Virus record (IMG/VR): IMGVR_UViG_3300017696_000161
Coordinates: 1-5,692 of that record
Length of the DNA stretch: 5,692 nucleotides
Reading direction: 5' to 3' (one strand)
Shown: in pieces, positions 1 through 5,692 of the stretch
Layout: each line of letters opens with the position of its first letter
How positions within the stretch are numbered: the first letter of the stretch is position 1
Program-made: the position numbers and the translations under genes
The notes under the pieces: model-generated
Database searches by the model: none
Told to the model about the DNA's origin: nothing
The model's input: the letters and a program-made list of their open reading frames with translations, nothing else

Positions 1-99
1 GAAGAAATTGAAGATACTGGTGCAAATGGTGCAAATTCCTATATCTCTCCAAATAATTCCGTAGAAAATTTCTCAACTGAAGATGAAGAAATTGAAGAT
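1..99 (+). repeat. End of the tandem array / terminal overlap with 5602-5692
   Basis: 1-91 is identical to 5602-5692; 16-99 is a full 84-bp A unit. Confidence 0.93.
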
Positions 100-1857
100 G
101 AGGGTATTGAAATTAAAGACAATAAGATTATAATACAATCAAAAGATAAACACAAGTTTGAAATATCATACGGTATAGCCTGGTCAATTGAAGACACTAC
201 CAGAATAATTGACCTCAAAATACCACAGTTACCGCAATGGGTTTTTACAGCTAAGAAAAAAGATGAGGTCTTAAACATACCAGTTATAGTAGACTTTTAT
301 CAACTAGAGGGTAAAACGGTATACTATATCAGAAATAAAAAAGAGGTAGTAGAGAAGCTTTACAACTTCAGAGGTCAAAGAAATATCTCAAAGAAACTTA
401 TTAGTGAAGCTCTAGACATCTGGCTAGACCGTATTGACCCCTCAAAGTACATAAAATGGGTAGATGTAAGAGATGTTGTTAAGAAGTACAAGGAATGGGA
501 GGAGATAAACCAAGACCCCATTGGTTTCTTCCTTTCAAGAGCTAAAGAGGTAGTAGGGAATGAAAAGTTGAAAATTGCGGTATTACTAAGTATTGTATCT
601 TCTCAGCTGAAGAAACTATATGGAATATACAGAGTTCACCTTATCCTTACTGGGAGTTCTGGTGTAGGAAAGTCTTCAACAATTAAATCGATGTTGAAAC
701 TATTCTATGATAACACTGATGGGGTTGAAGACTTCATAGTGCTGAAACTCACAAGGATGACAAAGGAGGCACTAGGGCGTATAAATGTTGATAGCATGGA
801 CGGGAAGGTCTTACTTGTGGAGCAATTGGATAACATAGAGGGTGTTGACTACATCAGGGAAGCCATGAGTGAGGATAGAATAACAACACTTACCACGGTC
901 AAAGACTCTGAGGGTAACTTAGTTTCAAGGACGATCGTTATCCCTGGTCAGCCAGCATTTATAACAACCAATGTTACCGCCAATGTCGATCATCAAATCC
1001 TAAATAGGTCGATCCAGCTTTACCTTAGCCCGATAGAGGATGAAAGCATTAAGGAAAAAATCATAAGGTCAATTTTAATGAGGAAAAGTGTAGGTGAAGA
1101 CTCAAAATTAAAACTTGTTACTTACGTTTGGTTAAAAACAAGACCTAACGACCCAGAGTTTACAGAGGCTTTAGCGTCAAAAGTTACTGAACTCCTCAAG
1201 AAGTTTATCAACACTAAAAACATCTACCGTGCTACGGAGATAACAAGGAATTTAATAAGAGCCACGGCATCGCTTTTCGGTCATGAGGAAATAACAATGG
1301 AGGACGTAAACTTTGTCATGGATTATTTCAAAAAGGACATTATCCTTACTACACTTGAACTTTCAGAGAGGGACTTACAGATATTGAAGTGGTTAAGAGA
1401 CCATGGTTTTGTAACAGCTGAGAAAGAAGATGAAACCAGAGACGTTACAACTTCAGAGATCTCACAAGTTATTAAGATGAGCACACAGGAGACCAAGAAG
1501 GTGTTGGACTCATTATATGACAAGGGTTTACTATGGAAGGCATATGACGGTAAGCGTTTCAGCTGGGCTATTAACCGCTACGGGTTAAGGGTGTTAGAGG
1601 AGTTAGAGAAAGAAGTTGAGGAAGAACAACAAGGAGAGGAAGAAGGAAGTGAGGTCTTAATCGATGACCGATTACTTGCTTATATCTCCTCAAAATTACT
1701 GGGGAAGAACCAGGTTACGGATGAAGAATTAAGGGGAATACTAGAAAAAACCGCACAAGCTACAGACCCAGAAGCCCAAGACTTGTTTATCACGGTACTA
1801 GAGAAGAAGAGGTTAATAAAGAATAACGGTGACGGGACATGGAAGGTTTCTCCTTAA
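1..1857 (+). CDS. Replication protein, C-terminal part: MCM-like AAA+ ATPase/helicase plus two winged-helix-like domains (5'-partial in the window; continues from 4639-5601)
   Basis: Frame 1 is open from base 1 to TAA at 1855-1857, so the TTG at 568 is not the true start. MCM-like motifs: DPIGFFLSRAKEVVGNEKLKIAVLL, Walker A HLILTGSSGVGKS (GSSGVGKS at 652-675), Walker B DGKVLLVEQLD (VLLVEQLD at 808-831), IREAM, presensor-1 hairpin-like TTVKDSEGNLVSRTIV, arginine-finger-like ILNRS (R at 1006-1008), sensor-2-like YRATEITRNLIRA. wHTH-like segments at about 1360-1584 and 1660-1854. Confidence 0.85.
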   Translation, partial: EEIEDTGANGANSYISPNNSVENFSTEDEEIEDEGIEIKDNKIIIQSKDKHKFEISYGIAWSIEDTTRIIDLKIPQLPQWVFTAKKKDEVLNIPVIVDFYQLEGKTVYYIRNKKEVVEKLYNFRGQRNISKKLISEALDIWLDRIDPSKYIKWVDVRDVVKKYKEWEEINQDPIGFFLSRAKEVVGNEKLKIAVLLSIVSSQLKKLYGIYRVHLILTGSSGVGKSSTIKSMLKLFYDNTDGVEDFIVLKLTRMTKEALGRINVDSMDGKVLLVEQLDNIEGVDYIREAMSEDRITTLTTVKDSEGNLVSRTIVIPGQPAFITTNVTANVDHQILNRSIQLYLSPIEDESIKEKIIRSILMRKSVGEDSKLKLVTYVWLKTRPNDPEFTEALASKVTELLKKFINTKNIYRATEITRNLIRATASLFGHEEITMEDVNFVMDYFKKDIILTTLELSERDLQILKWLRDHGFVTAEKEDETRDVTTSEISQVIKMSTQETKKVLDSLYDKGLLWKAYDGKRFSWAINRYGLRVLEELEKEVEEEQQGEEEGSEVLIDDRLLAYISSKLLGKNQVTDEELRGILEKTAQATDPEAQDLFITVLEKKRLIKNNGDGTWKVSP

Positions 1858-1889
1858 GCCGTGCTTTTGAATTTTCTGACTACAGCACT

Positions 1890-1911
1890 ATTAACCGAAT
1901 TCAGTTTTTTT
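1890..1911 (+). terminator. Putative oligo-T terminator downstream of rep
   Basis: T7 run at 1905-1911, about 50 bp after the rep stop, preceded by the near-palindrome AACCGAATTCAGTT. Confidence 0.45.
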
Positions 1912-1928
1912 ACAAAAGTGAGGAATTT

Positions 1929-1996
1929 TTATCACCTTCTTTCAATTTAACGGGTGATAAGATAATTATCATCCTTTTTAAATGCTTACGTGATAA
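1929..1996. promoter_or_regulatory. Putative int promoter/operator region
   Basis: IR TTATCACC (1929-1936) / GGTGATAA (1953-1960), perfect palindrome GATAATTATC (1961-1970), TATA-like TTTTTAAA (1975-1982), further GTGATAA (1990-1996). Confidence 0.45.
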
Positions 1997-2015
1997 ATAT
2001 AAACGGGCTGACGGA

Positions 2016-3044
<1,029 letters not shown>

Positions 3045-3100
3045 CTCATGAAGACGTCTAATAGCCGTTTTCTCCTTCACTCACTTCCCGCCTCATGACT

Positions 3101-3196
3101 GCTTGGATCACTTTCTATTTCTTTTCACCGTTCAGAGGTTGGATAGATGTAGTGAAGATGGATAGAGCTTGGGTCACTTTCTATTTTCTTTTCACC
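3101..3196. repeat. 29/30-bp direct repeat separated by a 37-bp unique segment, followed by a C11 run
   Basis: GCTTGGATCACTTTCTATTT-CTTTTCACC (3101-3129) and GCTTGGGTCACTTTCTATTTTCTTTTCACC (3167-3196); C run at 3195-3205. Confidence 0.85.
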
Positions 3197-4152
3197 CCCC
3201 CCCCCGATTCGGAATTCGAGTTCGGAGTTCGGTAAGGAAGGTGTGAAAGGTGGAAAAGGGTTAGCCTGGTTTGGGAAGTGATAGCTTGGGAAGGGAAAAA
3301 GCCTAGAAAGCTAAACCTGGCTCTAAGAAGGAGAGAAGGAAAGAAAGGGTTAGTCATAGGAAGGAAAGCTAGGCTAGGAAAGGTGTGTAAGGTGAAGAAG
3401 GAGAGAAAGCGAAGGAGAGAAAGCCTTAGCTTGGAAAATCGGGTAAACGGGAAAAGCTTGGAAAGGTGAAAGGGAGAAAGCCTTAGCCTAGAAAGACTGG
3501 AAAGCCTGGAAAGGTGTGAGAGGTGAGAAACACATAAACTAGACATAGACACATGCACAAAAGACCTGGGAAGAGGTGATGTCGGGCTGGGTTAGAGGTG
3601 TAAGGAGGGTAAGCAAAGCCAGGTTAGAGGTGTAAGGAGGGTAAGGTAAAACTAGTTGGATAAACTAGAAACGGGGTTAAGGGGCGATAGCCCCTTATAG
3701 ATTTTAGAAAGTGAAACTCTAGTGTAAACTCTAATGTAAAATGTTTAGAGAGGGAGTTAGGGAGGTAAGGAAACTAAACACACGCATAAAAAACTCGGGA
3801 AGAGATGATGCCAGGCTAGGTTTGGTATGGTGAGAAAGGTAAGCCAGCTAGAGAGGTAGAGGAGGTGAGAAAGGTGAAAAAGGTAGAGAAGGTGAAGAAG
3901 GAAGGTGGTAAGGTGAAGAAGGAGAGAAGGTAAGGAAGGTTTGAAAGTGAAAAAGCCTAAAGGAAGATGTTAGGAAGAAGTATGGAAGGTTAGGAAGAAG
4001 AGGAAGGAGTTAGGAAGCTGTTTGGAAGGTATGGAAGGAAGAAGGTTTGAAAGTGAAAAAGCCTAAAGGTAAAAGGTTAGCCAGGTAAGGGATAAAGTGT
4101 GTATAATACTAATTTTTAATAAATTAAACCCGAATTCGAACGGGCGGGCGGG
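3195..4152. other. Purine-rich, internally repetitive, apparently non-coding module bracketed by imperfect inverted repeats
   Basis: Purine counts: 51/60 in 3841-3900 and 49/60 in 3901-3960. Direct repeats: 29 bp (3935-3963 = 4041-4069), 24 bp (3590-3613 = 3622-3645), 21 bp (3387-3407 = 3908-3928), 45 bp imperfect (3549-3593 vs 3778-3822). Boundary IRs at 3195-3222 and 4127-4152. Confidence 0.75.
3678..3697. other. Perfect 8-bp GC-rich hairpin near the centre of the purine-rich module
   Basis: TAAGGGGC-GATA-GCCCCTTA. Confidence 0.8.
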
Positions 4153-4161
4153 CTTTTTTTT
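4129..4161 (+). terminator. Putative terminator: short GC stem plus T8
   Basis: CCCG-AATTCGAA-CGGG, then CGGGCGGGC and TTTTTTTT (4154-4161). Confidence 0.45.
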
Positions 4162-4189
4162 AGATAGTTGAAAATCCTATCATTCTTCA

Positions 4190-4286
4190 CTCTTTATTAC
4201 GCTCTTTCTACTCTTATACTACTCTTACACTATGTTTACATTTCTCTTATCATATGCTTATACTTCACTCTTACCGCATTCACTTA
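4190..4286 (+). repeat. Pyrimidine-rich tract with CTCTT(A)-like motif at roughly 11-bp spacing
   Basis: CTCTT at 4190, 4202, 4211, 4222, 4244, 4268; variants TGTTT 4233, TGCTT 4255, CACTT 4281. Confidence 0.6.
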
Positions 4287-4381
4287 TCGGTCGACCGTGA
4301 TAGATCTAGAATTAGTTTACAATAAAACATTAGGAGAAATTACCTTTTTTTTTCCTAGTTTTTAGGGAGAAAACTTCAGAA

Positions 4382-4396
4382 GTGATATTTATTATC
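4382..4396 (+). promoter_or_regulatory. Putative archaeal promoter (TATA box) of the copG-rep operon
   Basis: TTTATTAT at 4388-4395, centred about 25 bp upstream of ATG 4417 (consistent with a leaderless start), preceded by a purine-rich BRE-like stretch and flanked by GATA...TATC. Confidence 0.5.
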
Positions 4397-4416
4397 CTCT
4401 ATTTTCAAACTCTTAT

Positions 4417-4590
4417 ATGGGTGAAAACATGTCCCCAAAAAGATCCGCACTACTACTACGATTAAGAGAAGAAGATAGAGAAATGATAAGACGGTTAGCA
4501 AAGTATTATGACATCGCTGAAGCGGATGTAATAAAGATCCTAATCAGAGAATACATGAAAAACCATAATATCGAGGTGGGCTCTTCATAG
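4417..4590 (+). CDS. copG: Ribbon-helix-helix (CopG-like) DNA-binding regulator, 57 aa (53 aa if started at ATG 4429)
   Basis: MGENMSPKRSALLLRLREEDREMIRRLAKYYDIAEADVIKILIREYMKNHNIEVGSS*: beta-strand (SALLLRL), helix A (EEDREMIRRLAK), turn, helix B (EADVIKILIREYM). Lies directly upstream of rep. GGTGA at 4420-4424 precedes the alternative ATG 4429. Confidence 0.85.
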   Translation: MGENMSPKRSALLLRLREEDREMIRRLAKYYDIAEADVIKILIREYMKNHNIEVGSS

Positions 4591-4638
4591 GTAATCCGTT
4601 TTTTCATTTCGTCATTAAGTCAGAAAGTGGTGAGAAGT

Positions 4639-5692
4639 ATGGTCTTATCAAACTCTAAGTCAAATATGGTTAATAAACATAACGGTAGTCCAAGTAAGGG
4701 AGAAATGGACAGAGAGACACTCACGAAGGCGGTTGCTGAAAAAGTGAAAAAGTACAAAGAGGAGAAAAGCAAGACAGATGAAAAAATTAGAAAATATCTG
4801 GAGGAGAAATCTAAGTTAGAACGGGCGAATGCCAGTAATAATTCAGTGAGACAAGAAAATTCAAAAGTGACACAGAAAAAAGACAAAGACTCTAATAATA
4901 ATTCAGTGGCACAGCAAAATTCAACACTGGTGCATCGTAATACCGAGACAAATTCAAAAAATGTTGCACCAGTGGTAAAAAATTCTACGGAAGTAAACAG
5001 AGAGCATACTAAAAATGCACCAAATGCACCAGTATCGAATTTATCTTATGCACCAGTGCAAAAATCCAAAACTGGTGCAAATGGTGCAAATTCCTATATC
5101 TCTCCAAATAATTCCGTAGAAAATTTCTCAACTGAAGATGAAGAAATTGAAGATACTGGTGCAAATGGTGCAAATTCCTATATCTCTCCAAATAATTCCG
5201 TAGAAAATTTCTCAACTGAAGATGAAGAAATTGAAGATACTGGTGCAAATGGTGCAAATTCCTATATCTCTCCAAATAATTCCGTAGAAATAAACTCTGA
5301 TTGGGAAGAAAAATCCAATACTGATATAGGATTTAGTTCATCTGAAGATGAAGAAATTGAAGATACTGGTGCAAATGGTGCAAATTCCTATATCTCTCCA
5401 AATAATTCCGTAGAAATAAACTCTGATTGGGAAGAAAAATCCAATACTGATATAGGATTTAGTTCATCTGAAGATGAAGAAATTGAAGATACTGGTGCAA
5501 ATGGTGCAAATTCCTATATCTCTCCAAATAATTCCGTAGAAATAAACTCTGATTGGGAAGAAAAATCCAATACTGATATAGGATTTAGTTCATCTGAAGA
5601 TGAAGAAATTGAAGATACTGGTGCAAATGGTGCAAATTCCTATATCTCTCCAAATAATTCCGTAGAAAATTTCTCAACTGAAGATGAAGAAA
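4639..5692 (+). CDS. Replication protein, N-terminal part: basic/low-complexity region plus acidic tandem peptide repeats (runs off the window end; joins 1-1857 in frame, about 939 aa in total)
   Basis: ATG at 4639 preceded by GGTGA (4629-4633). Frame 1 has no stop to the window end (MVLSNSKSNMVNKHNGSPSKGEMDRETLTKAVAEKVKKYKEEKSK...TGANGANSYISPNNSVENFSTEDEE). The codon at 5602 corresponds to codon 1 of the window start. Confidence 0.82.
   Translation, partial: MVLSNSKSNMVNKHNGSPSKGEMDRETLTKAVAEKVKKYKEEKSKTDEKIRKYLEEKSKLERANASNNSVRQENSKVTQKKDKDSNNNSVAQQNSTLVHRNTETNSKNVAPVVKNSTEVNREHTKNAPNAPVSNLSYAPVQKSKTGANGANSYISPNNSVENFSTEDEEIEDTGANGANSYISPNNSVENFSTEDEEIEDTGANGANSYISPNNSVEINSDWEEKSNTDIGFSSSEDEEIEDTGANGANSYISPNNSVEINSDWEEKSNTDIGFSSSEDEEIEDTGANGANSYISPNNSVEINSDWEEKSNTDIGFSSSEDEEIEDTGANGANSYISPNNSVENFSTEDEE
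4836..4924 (+). repeat. Imperfect 29-bp direct repeat (period 60) in the rep N-terminus
   Basis: TAATAATTCAGTGAGACAAGAAAATTCAA (4836-4864) versus TAATAATTCAGTGGCACAGCAAAATTCAA (4896-4924); encodes NNSVxQxNS, related to NNSVEN of the array. Confidence 0.7.
4925..5079. repeat. Cluster of TGGTGCA/TGCACCA motifs in both orientations (iteron-like) inside rep
   Basis: CACTGGTGCA (4925-4934) / TGCACCAGTG (4965-4974) is a perfect 10-bp IR. TGCACCAAATGCACCAGTATC (5016-5036) is a 19/21 reverse complement of the array core GATACTGGTGCAAATGGTGCA. TGCACCAGT (5049-5057) / ACTGGTGCA (5071-5079) is another IR. Confidence 0.8.
5071..5692 (+). repeat. Perfect in-frame coding tandem array A-A-B-B-B-A (A = 84 bp/28 aa, B = 126 bp/42 aa)
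   Basis: Units start with ACTGGTGCAAAT at 5071, 5155, 5239, 5365, 5491 and 5617. A = TGANGANSYISPNNSVENFSTEDEEIED; B = TGANGANSYISPNNSVEINSDWEEKSNTDIGFSSSEDEEIED. The last A unit is completed at window bases 16-99. Confidence 0.95.

Noticed and set aside
39-278. Antisense ORFs 39-278, 1323-1523, 2062-2256, 4620-4886 and 5009-5275
   Set aside because: All are shadows on the opposite strand of the rep or int genes, with no independent motifs; the repeats in 5009-5275 just mirror the array.
568-570. TTG start for a 429-aa ATPase
   Set aside because: The frame is open upstream to base 1 and across the junction, and the MCM-like motif (DPIGFF...VVGNEKLK) begins before 568.
1839-2015. 59-aa N-terminal extension of the integrase given by the ORF track
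   Set aside because: Similarity to SSV1-type integrases starts at Met 2016; the extension overlaps the rep stop and covers terminator- and promoter-like sequence.
3278-3469. 63-aa K/R-rich ORF as a small DNA-binding protein
   Set aside because: K/R/E/G richness is expected from an A/G-rich tract; no recognisable fold. Cannot be fully excluded without proteomics.
3181-3558. 125-aa minus-strand ORF rich in S/L/F/H
   Set aside because: Composition and SHL-type repeats follow directly from the pyrimidine-rich strand with 9-bp periodicity; no recognisable domain.
3185-4165. Definite MITE call for the IR-bounded module
   Set aside because: No clear target-site duplication directly abuts both IRs, the IRs are imperfect, and no transposase is present; kept only as one hypothesis.
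4168-4365. 65-aa hydrophobic ORF (membrane protein or toxin)
   Set aside because: TTG start without a clear RBS; hydrophobicity is explained by the C/T-rich tract, whose ~11-bp repeat spacing is not codon-phased. Left unannotated.
3045-4416. plrA or fusellovirus packaging/structural genes expected in pRN/pSSVx-like plasmids
   Set aside because: No ORF resembling these was seen in the only region with room for them.
5071-5692. CRISPR array (constant block alternating with variable segments)
   Set aside because: The variable segments come in only two identical types, unit lengths are multiples of 3 within an open frame, the constant block is much longer than a CRISPR repeat, and there is no leader or cas gene.

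Overview
The window is most likely a complete small circular integrative plasmid of a Sulfolobales-type archaeon. Bases 5602-5692 are identical to 1-91, giving a circle of about 5601 bp if the overlap is collapsed. It carries three well-supported genes, all on the + strand. (i) A ribbon-helix-helix CopG-like regulator (4417/4429-4590), missed by the ORF track. (ii) A ~939-aa replication protein that crosses the junction (4639-5601 + 1-1857). It has a low-complexity N-terminus, a perfect in-frame A-A-B-B-B-A repeat array, a divergent MCM-like AAA+ domain with an EQ Walker B, and two C-terminal winged-helix-like domains, but no recognisable primase domain. (iii) An intact SSV1-type tyrosine integrase (2016-3044) containing an attP that matches the 3' part of tRNA-Glu(TTC), flanked by palindromic arms. 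The most unusual features are at DNA level. A TGGTGCA iteron-like motif occurs in both orientations inside the rep gene (candidate intragenic origin). A ~960-bp purine-rich, apparently non-coding module (3195-4152) is bracketed by imperfect inverted repeats. That module has a repeat-37 bp-repeat unit on its left and an ~11-bp-phased pyrimidine repeat tract on its right. No searches were run; family assignments rest on motifs read by eye and on recalled sequences.
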